Shown here: one piece after another, positions 9,924 to 20,661 of the stretch
Layout: every line of letters begins with the position of its first letter
Position numbering within the stretch: position 1 is the stretch's first letter
Assembly (NCBI GenBank): GCA_033764955.1
Contig: JANRIL010000029.1
Span: 1 to 64,000 of the forward strand
DNA: 64,000 nucleotides
Direction of reading: 5' to 3'
From: Cyanobacteriota bacterium
Lineage (GTDB): Bacteria > Cyanobacteriota > Cyanobacteriia > Thermostichales > Thermostichaceae
Position numbers and translations under genes: made by a program
Notes under the pieces: model-generated
Told to the model about the DNA's origin: nothing
Database searches by the model: none
Seen by the model: only the letters and a program-made list of their open reading frames with translations

Positions 9924-12143
9924 ATGCCTTATCGCTGGGATCTATCGCATATTCCGCCCTACATAGACCCTCAGGTGGTACGACAGGTGGGGCGCTACGC
10001 TGCCAAAATTTTGGCACTGCGCGGGATCCATACTCCCCAGGCGGTGGCGGCCTTTGTCAATCCTGATGTCTATTTGCCCACCCCTCCTACGGAATTACCG
10101 GATATGGAGCGGGCGGTGGCGCGCCTCCTGCAAGCCCGAACCAGGGGGGAAAAAGTGATGATTTGGGGGGATTTTGACTGCGACGGGGTGACCAGCACCG
10201 CTCTTCTGCTCTCCGCTCTGCGTCCCCTGGGGTTATCCCTCGATTTCACCATTCCTCTGCGGGCTGCCGAAGGGCATGGACTCCATCCAGAACGGTTGGC
10301 GGAAGTGGCTCAACAGGGATCCCAGTTGATCCTCACCGTTGATTGTGGGGTAGGCAATCGAGCGGAAATTGAACAAGCTCAGCAGATGGGCATCGACGTG
10401 ATTGTGACGGATCACCACCTCTTGCCGGATCCGTTGCCCCCTGCGCTGGCAGTGGTTAATCCATTGCGCTTGCCAGCGGATCATCCGCTGCGCTTGTTGC
10501 CGGGGGTGGGGGTGGCCTACAAATTGGCGGAAGCGGTCTACCAAGCCCTAGCCCAACCAGGGGTAGAGCAATTTTTGGATCTTGTGGTGGTGGGAATTGT
10601 GGCTGATGTGGCTGTTTTGCAGCGGGAGTGTCGCTATCTGGTGCAAAAAGGCTTGCCGATTTTGGCCCAGACTCAACGATTGGGCTTGCAGTTGTTGATG
10701 GCTAACCTGCCGGAAAAAGCCAAGACAGGGATCCCAACCGCTCAAGACATCGGATTTCGCATGGCTCCGAAGCTCAACGCCATTGGGCGACTGGATGATG
10801 CTCGTTTGGCGGTGGAATTATTGACCACCTCGGATGCGGAACGGGCAAAGGCGTTGATGGATCTGTTTCTTGCCACCAACGAGACCCGCAAAGCGCTGAC
10901 CCAGGTGGTGATTGCCCAAGCCAGCCAACAAATCGAACTGCAAGCCCTCGATCAGCAAAAGGCCATTGTCCTAGCCAGTCCTGACTGGAATCAGGGGGTG
11001 GTGGGAATCGCCGCCGCCAAATTGGTCGAAACCTACGGTTGTCCGACGGTGTTGATTGCCTGCCATCCGCAGCGACAGGAGGGATATGGATCGGGGCGTT
11101 CGATTCCCTCTGTGAATTTGGTGGAGGCACTGAATGCTGTGGGATCCTTGCTCTCCGGCTACGGTGGCCACCCGATGGCAGCGGGGCTGCGGGTCTCTCT
11201 TGCCCACCTGCCTGCCTTACAGGCGGCGCTCACCCAACAGCTGGCCTCCCTGGTGAAGGGGGATATTCAGCAACGGGATTTGCCCATTGAGCTATTTGTG
11301 GATGCTCAACAGGTGGCAGATGTCAGCGCTGTTCTCACGGACATGTTTGAGCAACTCACTCTATTGGAACCCTTTGGACAGGGAAACCCCCGTCCACTGC
11401 TGGCGGTGCTCAACCTAGAAAGTAGCCACCTGAGACCCCAAACCTCCCGGAATGGACAACACCTCAGTTTTAGTCTGGGATCCCATAAGCTGTGGTTTTG
11501 GGGGGAGGGATCCCAACTCACTACCTGGCAAAAACCGGGACGGCTGGATATTGCCTTTGTGTTAGAAGATTCCACCTGGCAGGGGCAGGGTGGTTGGCAA
11601 GGTAATGTAAAAGCGCTACGTTGGGCTACTGCGGATCCCCTACCTACCTGGGCGAGTGTCGAGTTGCAGGTGGAGGATTATCGTCAAACGCAACCGCCAA
11701 TGGCGACGGCCACCCTTTATGCTGGTCAGATCCCGGTGGGAACATCCAGCGATTTGTGTTTGCGGGAATGGCCTTTTTGGGCGGAGGAGTTAGCCACCCT
11801 TTTACAGACGGTGCGCCCGAAACGCCTCCAACTGGCTGGACACGCTTATGACTTTCAGGGGATCCCGCGCTGGATTGCTCAACTGGTCAGGGATTGGCAG
11901 GCAGGCATCCGCGATCCCCACCAATTAGCCCAAGGGGGGATCCCACTGCCCATCCTGACCAAATGGCTGAATGAGCCGTCTGTTCTGGAGGCGGAGGTAG
12001 GGGATCCCGCTATTGAGCGTTTGCTGCATCTACTACGGGAAGCCCAGTCCTTTCACTATTGGTTAGATCGAGCCAGTAGCCATGAGATTCTCAAACTGTG
12101 TAAGCGTCTGCTCAGTGATGATAGCTGGGGATCCCCTGCTTAG
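9924..12143 (+). CDS. recJ: Single-stranded-DNA exonuclease RecJ
   Basis: GDFDCDG, TVDCG, TDHH, GSGRS, GGHPMAAG, LEPFGQGNP. Confidence 0.95.
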   Translation: MPYRWDLSHIPPYIDPQVVRQVGRYAAKILALRGIHTPQAVAAFVNPDVYLPTPPTELPDMERAVARLLQARTRGEKVMIWGDFDCDGVTSTALLLSALRPLGLSLDFTIPLRAAEGHGLHPERLAEVAQQGSQLILTVDCGVGNRAEIEQAQQMGIDVIVTDHHLLPDPLPPALAVVNPLRLPADHPLRLLPGVGVAYKLAEAVYQALAQPGVEQFLDLVVVGIVADVAVLQRECRYLVQKGLPILAQTQRLGLQLLMANLPEKAKTGIPTAQDIGFRMAPKLNAIGRLDDARLAVELLTTSDAERAKALMDLFLATNETRKALTQVVIAQASQQIELQALDQQKAIVLASPDWNQGVVGIAAAKLVETYGCPTVLIACHPQRQEGYGSGRSIPSVNLVEALNAVGSLLSGYGGHPMAAGLRVSLAHLPALQAALTQQLASLVKGDIQQRDLPIELFVDAQQVADVSAVLTDMFEQLTLLEPFGQGNPRPLLAVLNLESSHLRPQTSRNGQHLSFSLGSHKLWFWGEGSQLTTWQKPGRLDIAFVLEDSTWQGQGGWQGNVKALRWATADPLPTWASVELQVEDYRQTQPPMATATLYAGQIPVGTSSDLCLREWPFWAEELATLLQTVRPKRLQLAGHAYDFQGIPRWIAQLVRDWQAGIRDPHQLAQGGIPLPILTKWLNEPSVLEAEVGDPAIERLLHLLREAQSFHYWLDRASSHEILKLCKRLLSDDSWGSPA

Positions 12144-12220
12144 CCTATTCATCAAGATTTATAGGGATCCCCAATCCAGTGCCATCGAATCACCGCCAAA
12201 CCAATTGAGGAGGAATCATT

Positions 12221-12796
12221 ATGGGCAAAGGTCGTTTGGAAGCATTTAGTGATGGGGTACTGGCGATCATTATCACCATTATGGTCTTAGAAATTAAAGT
12301 TCCCCACGAAGCAGGCTGGAATGCTTTGCTGCCCCTATTGCCCATCTTTTTGAGCTATGTGTTGAGCTTTATTTTTTTGGGCATTTATTGGAATAATCAT
12401 CATCATTTATTTCAGGCGGTTCATCGCATCAATGGACGGGTACTCTGGGCTAACTTACATTTGCTGTTTTGGTTGTCGCTGATCCCGTTTGCAACGGCAT
12501 GGATGGGAGAAAATAGTTTTGATCAATCGGCGGTGGCTCTTTATGGAATAGTCTTGCTATTTTGTGCCTTAGCGTATTGGATCTTAACCACAACCCTGGT
12601 TGCTCACCACGGTCAAGAGTCCCTACTCGCCACGGCACTGGGCAAAGACGTAAAGGGGAAAATATCCGTAGCTCTCTATGCCATTGCCATCCCCATTGCC
12701 TTTATTCAGGCTTGGCTAGCTTGTAGTTTGTATGTGCTGGTTGCCTTCATTTGGTTGGTCCCCGATCTGCGAATTGAGAAGAAGTTGATGGAATAA
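12221..12796 (+). CDS. TMEM175 family potassium channel
   Basis: Signature RLEAFSDGVLAIIITIM, YWNNHH, LIPFAT; GAGGAG RBS upstream. Confidence 0.9.
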   Translation: MGKGRLEAFSDGVLAIIITIMVLEIKVPHEAGWNALLPLLPIFLSYVLSFIFLGIYWNNHHHLFQAVHRINGRVLWANLHLLFWLSLIPFATAWMGENSFDQSAVALYGIVLLFCALAYWILTTTLVAHHGQESLLATALGKDVKGKISVALYAIAIPIAFIQAWLACSLYVLVAFIWLVPDLRIEKKLME

Positions 12797-15700
12797 CCGG
12801 GGAGTATTCAGCCAGGGGTAAGTCAAAATAAAAGGTTGTGCCCACTTCTGCTTGAGTCTCAAAGCCAATTTTTCCGCCCAGTCGTTCAATAATGGCTTTA
12901 CTGATGCTCAGCCCCAAACCAGTGCCGCCTTTGCTGCGGGTGGAAGAGGAATCCGCCTGAGCAAATTTTTGAAAGATGCGACTGTGAAATTCCTCCGGGA
13001 TCCCAGAACCGCGATCCGTCACCATCACCCGTAGATAAGGAGGAGTGTATTGGGTTTGAATGATCACCTGACTTTCAGGAGGAGAAAACTTAGCTGCATT
13101 GGATAAGAGATTAGTGATAACTTGCGTGAGGCGATGGCTGTCCACCTCCACCTCTCCATCCACCCCACTCACCAAGACAAACTCCACCTGATATTGGGCG
13201 GCATAAGTCCGATTCGATTCAATCGCCTGCTCCAATAATGGCAGCAAGGCATACCGTTTGATCTCAAAATTCATTTTACCGGATTCAATTTTTTCGATAT
13301 CTAAAATGTCATTGATCAACAACATCAATCGATCACTATTTTTATAGGCAATATCTACTAAGGAACGGGTTTGTTCAGAGATAGATCCCCCAACTCCTCC
13401 GATAATTAACCCCAAGGAGCCACGAATCGAGGTAAGCGGAGTTCTTAGTTCATGACTGACCACTGAGACAAACTCATTTTTGAGTTGTTCAACCCGCTTG
13501 ACTTCGGTAATATCATTAGTCACGGTTAACAGACATGGATGGCCATCAAGATCGACAATTTCAGCCGAAACCAAGCCTGTGCGAACATCAGCATTTTTTG
13601 CGTAGAAATTAATTTCTAAATTGCGAACGGATCCCTTTTCTCGTAGATTCTGAAACAGACGGATTCGATCTTGCGGATCTACCCAAAAATTTAATTCTAG
13701 AGAGGTTTTTCCTAATATTTCTTCTAGAGCATAGCCCGTCATCTGCAAAAAACTATCATTGGCTTCCAAAAGTCGGCCTGTTTCTAAATTGCTCAGTAAC
13801 ATCGCGTCTGGACAGGCGTGAAAAGCTTTGGCGAATTTCTGTTCAGAACGTCGTAGAGCTGCCTCAATATATTGCCGTTCTTCAATTTCCCGCTGGAGTG
13901 CTTGGGTGCGCTCTTCTACCCGTGCTTCTAATGTATAGGAATAGGCTTGTAATTGTTCATAGAGACGAGCATTTTCTAAGGAAATAGCGGCTTGACTGGA
14001 TAAAACAGACAAGATCTCTAATCGTTCTGGAGTAAACGCATCAGAAATCTGAGTATTTTCCAGATAAAGGATCCCGATCAGTTTGGCTTGATGTAAAATC
14101 GGCAGACACAGCAGCGATTTGGGGTGATGGGTTTGCAGGTAGGGATCCGTTGCATAAGGCTGTTGAAGACTAGCCTCATTTAACAGAATCGGTGATAACG
14201 TACGGGCTGAATACCATATGAGAGTCTGGGGCAAATGGGCTTGTTCTAGAGGAACTGGGGAGCAAATTTCTACTTGATCCGGTTGGACAGTTGCCGCCGC
14301 CAGCATAGATAATTTATCTTCACTTGCCAACAAGAAATAAGCTCGATCTGCCCCCGCATGCTCCAACAAAATTTGCATTAACTTTGTCAATAATTGCCCC
14401 ACGTGAATTTCCTGAGCAAGTGCCTGAGCGGCTTTAACGACAGCTTTTAAGTCAAGATGGGAGGTTGTATAGTCAATCGGATCTACGGTACTGGTGAGGG
14501 CAATGACTGGCAGGGTAGAGGCGTGAGAAGCGGGGGTTGGCAGAGGGGAAAAAGAGGTTGCCTCTTGACTGTTGCCGATTCGATCCAAAGCGATTTGTTG
14601 AAGATGTTTGACTTTAGCAGTGGCTTGCCAACGCTGATAAAGGTAGCTCGCTTCACGCCAGTGCAAGGTCGCATAGCGCTGGTGGTTTTGTTCTGCCCAA
14701 AATTCAGCCAATCGCTCTTGAGCTAGGGCTTCGACTTGTAAAAACCCTGTGGATTTGGCCTGCTGAATGGCTCTCTCATAGTGAGATAGGGCTGCTGAGA
14801 TATTTTTTTGAAAACGGGCTATTTCTGCCTCCAGTAATTCATGTTTGCTGAGATAATTAGCAGGGCATTGACTGGCCCATTCTTGTAAAAGCTGGCGTTG
14901 ATCAACCACCTCTTGCCATAGGGATCCCTGATCTTCAAGGGGAGCTAGTGCCCACATTTGGATGGCCAACAGCCCCCAATAAAAATGATGTTCTCCCACC
15001 CGCAAATGAGCAATAGAAGTGTATTCTAACTCACCAGCTTTTCTGGCCGCTGCTAACCCCAGATTGTACTGACCAAAGGCATACAGCAATTGACATTTCA
15101 AAATCCAGAAGAGGTGCAGGGCGGATTTCATCCCTCGTTCCTGCAAAAAAGCCAGATACTCGCCTTCCGAAAACTGATCGTCATCAAAGCTTGAGCCATT
15201 TTGGGTCATGCCCTGGTATGCCCGAATCATCTGCTGACAGAGCAACGGAAAAGGATATTCGGATTCGTAGCGAATTTTTTGCAGAAATTCTAGGCAGCGC
15301 TGGGTATCTGCCGCTGCTAGGGTGAGGGGATCCCCTTGCACCAGGGTGCGATAACTAAAGAAGGTGGCGCAAAAAGCTGCCGCCACCAACACCCCTCCAC
15401 TCAGACAATACTCAAAAGCTTGGATGGCTCGTTGCCGGGAGATCCGCACCGATTCCTGCCAGTGGTCAATATAGCCTGCAAAAATTTGTAGGGTTTTCCC
15501 TTGCAGGGCGGGATTTTGAGAGGCTTCTGCTAAGGTGATCCCCAATTTGCCAAAGCGATATCCCTCAGCGCGGCGGTGCAGGCGGGATCCCAAGGCGTCG
15601 CCAAATCCGACGTAGGCAAAAGCGGATTGGGGATGGTTGCCATAGCGGATCGAGAGATTGACCATGCGAGCGTAGAGCCAGATCAGGCCGGGGGGATGCA

Positions 15701-18470
15701 GGAAGTAGGCCGCTGTACAGAGGGGGATGAGCAGATTGACGATCATCACCTGTTGGGGATCCCGCATCGGGGGTAAGTCCAGGCAAATTTCCGGAGCGGC
15801 TCCCGCCAACTGTCGCCAGATCTCAGCCACCTCCTCGCTGATCACTGCCTCCCCTAACTGGTCAGGGGGGGGCAAGACAACCCCCAATTCCCCTAAAGCC
15901 AATTCCCCCCACTGCCACACTTCCTGATAGCGGCCTTGGGTGCGATAAACCGATGTTTTTAACAACAAAACTTTTGCCCGTTGCAGAGGGGTATGGGCAT
16001 GTTCCAGGCACTTCTCCACCAAGGGATCCACCTGCTCCGTTAGTCCGTTGAGATAGGCAGCCTCCGCCCATTGTAAGTGGAGAGCCAGAGCCAACTCCTC
16101 ATCCACTGACCAGCCCCATGGGTCAATCACCTCGGCTCCCTGGCGGAAATAATCCAGAGCGGCGGCAAAAGCGGCGGCAGCCAGGGCGCGCGCTCCCGCC
16201 TGCTGATTGAGACGCGCCAACGATAGCCGAACCTCTGGGGTTTTGAGATAGGCGGATCCCTGATTGAGGTGATAGACCCAATCAAACAAGTGCCGTTCTT
16301 GCTCGGCAGGGGATTGCTGCCCAAACCAACAGCCAATTTGATAGTGAATCTCCGCCCGCTCTTGGGGGGCAATCAACTCGTAGGCCGCCTGTTGCAGGCG
16401 ATCGTGCAAAAACACGTAGCTGACAATCAACAGATGGGGAGGGTGGTCTTGCGAGTTTGTGGTGGGGTCGGAGGCCGTTTCCTCCACTATCTGGAGGGGC
16501 GAGGTGGGGCGAATGATATCGGCTCTTAACGCGAGCCAGAGGGCTTGAAAGGCTTTGGCAAAAGACATCCGCAACAAATTGGCAAGCATTTCTAAGCGAA
16601 AATCACTACCCAAACAGGCGGCTAACCCCAAGGCTCTTTGGGTGACAGCGGGAAATTTTTTGAGCTTTTGTAGGAGCAATTCCACCCCATGTTCCGTCAC
16701 CGGAGCTGCCGCAATCGCCTGGGGATCCCAGATCCACTTCCCCGCCTCCCCCTGCCAGGTCAACAGTCCTTCTTCCTGGAGGTATTTGAGAAATTGCTCA
16801 ATAAAAAAGGGATTTCCGCCTGTTTTTTGTCGGATCAGACGGGCTAGCGGGGAGAGGGAGCGGGGATCCTGATGCAGGGTATCTCGCAACAGTTGGACGA
16901 CAGCGGCTTGATCAAGGGGACGCAGATGGATCGATTGCATGGGAATGGCCGACTCCTGACAACGCTGCACGGTCAGCAGTAGGGGATGACTGGAGGTCAC
17001 CTCCTGATCGCGGTAGGCGACAATCAACATAAAAGGCTGGGCACGATTAGCCACCAACAACGGCTCGATCACGGCTAAGGACGCACTATCTGCCCACTGC
17101 CCATCATCCAGAAACAGTACCAATCCCCGCTCCGCCTGCGCCCCCACCTGGATCAAAGTGGCGAGAGCTTGCTGAAAGCGGTTTTTCACCTCCCCAGCTT
17201 CGCTAGTGGTGGCCGGTGGTTGGGATCCCACCAACCAGGTTAGTTCGGGTATCACCGACAGCAGGAGGGATAGCTGGGATCCAAGGGCTTGGGTGAGCCG
17301 CTGTCGCCATCCATCGATTTCCGATGGCGGTAAAGCCAACCACTGGCGCACCATCTGCCGTAGCGCATCCAGAAGGGCACTGTAGGGGCTGTTTACCTGT
17401 TGCTGCTCAAACTTGCCCCAGATAAAATAGCCTCGATTGGCGGTGATGGGTTTGTAGAGTTCTTTCACCAACTGAGATTTACCCACACCAGAAGCCCCAG
17501 TAATCAGCACTAGCCGACTTCCCCCCTGCCTCACCTCCTCAAAGCTGCTGAAGAGGGCTTGCCATTCCGGGTCCCGCCCGTAGAGTTTGCCAGGGATTTC
17601 TAAGCGATCTCCCCCATCCTGGCGACCTAACACAAAAATAGTCAGCCGCCCCTCCCGCCCCGCCTGTTCCAGACAGTTGTCCAGATCGGCGAGGATCCCT
17701 TGGCAGGATTGATAACGATCTGCGGCGGATTTGGCCATCAACTTCAGCACTAGCCGCGAGAGGATCTCCGGGATGTCGGGATCCCGTTGGCAAAGACTGG
17801 CGGGTTGACGAGCCAGATGGCTGTGCAAAACCTCCGCTGGATCCGAGCTGTCAAACGGCAATACCCCCGTGAACAGGTGATAGAGGGTGACCCCCAATGC
17901 ATAAAAATCAGTGCGATAATCCACAGGCCGATTCATTCGCCCCGTTTGTTCAGGGGATAGATAGGCTAACGTTCCCTCTAAAGCCAAAACGGAGGGATCC
18001 TCTTTGAAGGAAAACGTTGCCAGCCCAAAGTCAATGATCTTTAATTGCCCGGTGGTCAAATTGATCACAATATTGGCCGGATTGATATCTTTATGAATAA
18101 TTTGCTGATGATGAATGGTCTGCAACGCTACGGTTAATTGGCGAGCAATCGGTAATCCCTCCAACCAAGAAAATCGCCGTCGGGATAAAATCCTGTTAAG
18201 AGATTCCCCACCAAAGTCCTCCAGCACCATTACCAAACTATGGTGATAGGGCAATAAATCTAAAGCTTGGATCACTCCCTCCACAGCAAATGAACGGGTG
18301 ATTTGATATTCCTGTTGAAAGCGGTTTAATGCCTCAGAACTGGGGTAATCTTGGCTCAACCGCTTCAGGATGACGGGTTGCTGATCCGATTGCCGTACCC
18401 CCTGATAAATGCGTGAGTGAGAGCTTTCATAAATCTCTGAAAAAATTTGATAGTCGGGCAGAGAAATCAT
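12747..18470 (-). CDS. Hybrid Ser/Thr kinase-AAA ATPase-GAF-PAS-histidine kinase (HstK-like)
   Basis: IIHKDINPANI, DFG, GTLAYLSPEQTGR; Walker A GASGVGKS; GAF (ILYLEN...QAAISLENARLY); PAS; SHELRTPL; NLLSNAAKF, GGTGLGL. Confidence 0.92.
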   Translation of the reverse strand: MISLPDYQIFSEIYESSHSRIYQGVRQSDQQPVILKRLSQDYPSSEALNRFQQEYQITRSFAVEGVIQALDLLPYHHSLVMVLEDFGGESLNRILSRRRFSWLEGLPIARQLTVALQTIHHQQIIHKDINPANIVINLTTGQLKIIDFGLATFSFKEDPSVLALEGTLAYLSPEQTGRMNRPVDYRTDFYALGVTLYHLFTGVLPFDSSDPAEVLHSHLARQPASLCQRDPDIPEILSRLVLKLMAKSAADRYQSCQGILADLDNCLEQAGREGRLTIFVLGRQDGGDRLEIPGKLYGRDPEWQALFSSFEEVRQGGSRLVLITGASGVGKSQLVKELYKPITANRGYFIWGKFEQQQVNSPYSALLDALRQMVRQWLALPPSEIDGWRQRLTQALGSQLSLLLSVIPELTWLVGSQPPATTSEAGEVKNRFQQALATLIQVGAQAERGLVLFLDDGQWADSASLAVIEPLLVANRAQPFMLIVAYRDQEVTSSHPLLLTVQRCQESAIPMQSIHLRPLDQAAVVQLLRDTLHQDPRSLSPLARLIRQKTGGNPFFIEQFLKYLQEEGLLTWQGEAGKWIWDPQAIAAAPVTEHGVELLLQKLKKFPAVTQRALGLAACLGSDFRLEMLANLLRMSFAKAFQALWLALRADIIRPTSPLQIVEETASDPTTNSQDHPPHLLIVSYVFLHDRLQQAAYELIAPQERAEIHYQIGCWFGQQSPAEQERHLFDWVYHLNQGSAYLKTPEVRLSLARLNQQAGARALAAAAFAAALDYFRQGAEVIDPWGWSVDEELALALHLQWAEAAYLNGLTEQVDPLVEKCLEHAHTPLQRAKVLLLKTSVYRTQGRYQEVWQWGELALGELGVVLPPPDQLGEAVISEEVAEIWRQLAGAAPEICLDLPPMRDPQQVMIVNLLIPLCTAAYFLHPPGLIWLYARMVNLSIRYGNHPQSAFAYVGFGDALGSRLHRRAEGYRFGKLGITLAEASQNPALQGKTLQIFAGYIDHWQESVRISRQRAIQAFEYCLSGGVLVAAAFCATFFSYRTLVQGDPLTLAAADTQRCLEFLQKIRYESEYPFPLLCQQMIRAYQGMTQNGSSFDDDQFSEGEYLAFLQERGMKSALHLFWILKCQLLYAFGQYNLGLAAARKAGELEYTSIAHLRVGEHHFYWGLLAIQMWALAPLEDQGSLWQEVVDQRQLLQEWASQCPANYLSKHELLEAEIARFQKNISAALSHYERAIQQAKSTGFLQVEALAQERLAEFWAEQNHQRYATLHWREASYLYQRWQATAKVKHLQQIALDRIGNSQEATSFSPLPTPASHASTLPVIALTSTVDPIDYTTSHLDLKAVVKAAQALAQEIHVGQLLTKLMQILLEHAGADRAYFLLASEDKLSMLAAATVQPDQVEICSPVPLEQAHLPQTLIWYSARTLSPILLNEASLQQPYATDPYLQTHHPKSLLCLPILHQAKLIGILYLENTQISDAFTPERLEILSVLSSQAAISLENARLYEQLQAYSYTLEARVEERTQALQREIEERQYIEAALRRSEQKFAKAFHACPDAMLLSNLETGRLLEANDSFLQMTGYALEEILGKTSLELNFWVDPQDRIRLFQNLREKGSVRNLEINFYAKNADVRTGLVSAEIVDLDGHPCLLTVTNDITEVKRVEQLKNEFVSVVSHELRTPLTSIRGSLGLIIGGVGGSISEQTRSLVDIAYKNSDRLMLLINDILDIEKIESGKMNFEIKRYALLPLLEQAIESNRTYAAQYQVEFVLVSGVDGEVEVDSHRLTQVITNLLSNAAKFSPPESQVIIQTQYTPPYLRVMVTDRGSGIPEEFHSRIFQKFAQADSSSTRSKGGTGLGLSISKAIIERLGGKIGFETQAEVGTTFYFDLPLAEYSPVIPSTSSQFADRGPTK

Positions 18471-18695
18471 AAATAATGCCCAAATTATGCACTCAATCTA
18501 TCCAATTCTGGCGGTGTTCCGGCCATTTCCTCTTCCCCATCATAAACCTGTCCAGCGGTAGGGCGACGCTCTCTATCCTGCCTCCGCGCATAACGATTGC
18601 CGTTGCTTGCTTCCCCTCCCGCTGTCGAGGGTGCTCTGCCCAATGGTTCAGCCCGCAAGGTACAATCATGTCGATTCTTTTTGATCCCGATCCTC

Positions 18696-19259
18696 ATGAT
18701 TTCAAGCAACGATTTGCGTCCTGGCACCTCCATTGAGATGGATGGAAGTCCCTGGCGAGTGCTGGAGTTTTTGCATGTCAAACCTGGCAAGGGAGCCGCT
18801 TTTGTCCGCACTAAGCTGAAAAATATGCAGTCGGGCAATGTCATGGAAAAGACCTTCCGAGCGGGGGAAATGATGCCCACCGCCAATATCGAAAAGAATG
18901 ATATGCAATACCTCTTTCAGGAGGGGGATAACTTTATCTTTATGGATATGGCTAGCTATGAGCAGGCTCCCATCAGCCGTGCCCAATTGGGGGATAAGGT
19001 GAAATATCTCAAAGAAAGTATGGAAGTCGGGATCCTGCGCTGGAATGAGACGGTGTTGGATGTGGAACTCCCCAATACCGTTGTCCTGGAAGTCACCGCC
19101 ACAGATCCGGGTGTGAAGGGAGATACCGCCACCGGAGGCACCAAGCCGGCCACCGTCGAAACAGGAGCGGAGATTCAGGTGCCCCTCTTCATCAAAATTG
19201 GCGAGAAGATCCGCGTGGATACCCGCACCGATACTTACCTAGGGCGAGAGTCGAGCTAG
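18696..19259 (+). CDS. efp: Elongation factor P
   Basis: [37 protein letters not shown]. Start reassigned to ATG 18696; TACAAT at 18661. Confidence 0.97.
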   Translation: MISSNDLRPGTSIEMDGSPWRVLEFLHVKPGKGAAFVRTKLKNMQSGNVMEKTFRAGEMMPTANIEKNDMQYLFQEGDNFIFMDMASYEQAPISRAQLGDKVKYLKESMEVGILRWNETVLDVELPNTVVLEVTATDPGVKGDTATGGTKPATVETGAEIQVPLFIKIGEKIRVDTRTDTYLGRESS

Positions 19260-20584
19260 TGAGAGGGTGAGGGGGTGGCGGGATCCTCTGGCCAGAGGGC
19301 AACCATCGCCGCCTGTACCTCGAACAGGGCTGTTTCAGGATCTTTTTGTTGGGTAATCACCTCGTTAATGGCTAAGCCCAGGGCATCCTGTAGGCGAGCA
19401 TAGTTAGGGATGCGGGGGCGAAATTGACTATCAGCCTGTTCGAGGGAGCGTAACACCACGGGGAAGTAGGGAAACTTTTTTATGTGATCGGGATCCGCTA
19501 GCAAACTGCGGCGATAGGGTTCCGCTCCCAAACGCATCAGTTCTCTCTGCTGGGTTGGCTGCATCAACCAACGCAAAAATTGCCATGCCTGTTGGGCGTG
19601 CTGTGAGTCCTGGTTAATCCCCAAGCCCCATCCTCCCACCGGATAACGGGCAGGGATCCCCTCCGCCATCGGCAATGTGGTCATCGCCATCCGGTCGGCT
19701 ATCGGTGTTTTTTGGGGGTCATATTTATCCCGTGCCCCCGTAGACCAGCCGATTTGTAGGGCGGCTCGTCCTTGCTGGAAGGCTTGTTCTCGCTCGATCC
19801 AGGCGTAGGTGGTGGCTCCGCGGGGAGCATAGGCAAACAAATCGGCAAATAGATGCAGAGCTTCTAGGTTAGCCGGCTGATTGATGGTGGGCTGTTGCTG
19901 AGCATTGAGCAGGGATCCCCCATGCGCCACCATATAAAACATCCAATCCTGTGCCACGGGTGCGCTGCGTGCTCCGTTCAAGGTGATGCCAAACTGCTCC
20001 TCGCCCTCCTCCCCTGTGGTCAGTTGAGCGGCGGCCTCCAACAATTCCCTCATGGAGGTGGGACCCTCTGGCATCCCGATTTGAGCTAACCGATCCGCCC
20101 GATAGCTGAGTACCCCTGCATAGAGAGACAAGGGGATCCCGTAGGTTTTGCCCTGCCACTGCCACAACTCCCACGCCACTGGCAACACATCCGCCACCGC
20201 CATCTCCTCCTGATCCTGATGCCACTCATCACTCAGATCCTGAAGATAGCCCGCATTCCCCCAGGGAGCTGTCCAGACAGCATCCACTGCATAGAGATCC
20301 CCCTGAGCCGTATGTCCGACAAAATCCGCCATTGCCCGTTGATACAGTTCGGGATAGCCCTGTAACACCACCTGGATCGGGATCCCTTGCTCACGGCTAA
20401 AGGTGGCGGCCAGGGTTTGTAGGGCGGGAGCAAAATAATCCGTTGGAGAAAAAAGCGTTAAAGTAGGCAGGGGCGGGTTCCAGCTTGTACAACCCCATAC
20501 CCCTAACCCACTGAGAATGCCGGCCCAGAGCATCACCTGCCATCGCCCAAGCCATTGTTTAACCCGCTTTTCAAGCCGTTTCAT
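19256..20584 (-). CDS. Sugar-type ABC transporter substrate-binding lipoprotein
   Basis: Lipobox-like [25 protein letters not shown]. Start uncertain (20584 or 20623). Confidence 0.85.
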   Translation of the reverse strand: MKRLEKRVKQWLGRWQVMLWAGILSGLGVWGCTSWNPPLPTLTLFSPTDYFAPALQTLAATFSREQGIPIQVVLQGYPELYQRAMADFVGHTAQGDLYAVDAVWTAPWGNAGYLQDLSDEWHQDQEEMAVADVLPVAWELWQWQGKTYGIPLSLYAGVLSYRADRLAQIGMPEGPTSMRELLEAAAQLTTGEEGEEQFGITLNGARSAPVAQDWMFYMVAHGGSLLNAQQQPTINQPANLEALHLFADLFAYAPRGATTYAWIEREQAFQQGRAALQIGWSTGARDKYDPQKTPIADRMAMTTLPMAEGIPARYPVGGWGLGINQDSQHAQQAWQFLRWLMQPTQQRELMRLGAEPYRRSLLADPDHIKKFPYFPVVLRSLEQADSQFRPRIPNYARLQDALGLAINEVITQQKDPETALFEVQAAMVALWPEDPATPSPSH

Positions 20585-20661
20585 GATTGCCTGCTTTGCT
20601 TGATCCCATTTCCTCCCATCCATATTGCCGCTTTTTGCCCGTCAATTCCTGAGGTGAACCG

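Noticed and set aside
18597..18695. Apparent N-terminal extension of EF-P (similar extensions on xth, truA, alpha-E, HtrA, cupin and NYN)
   Set aside because: Artefacts of longest-ORF calling; family-typical N-termini begin at downstream ATGs.
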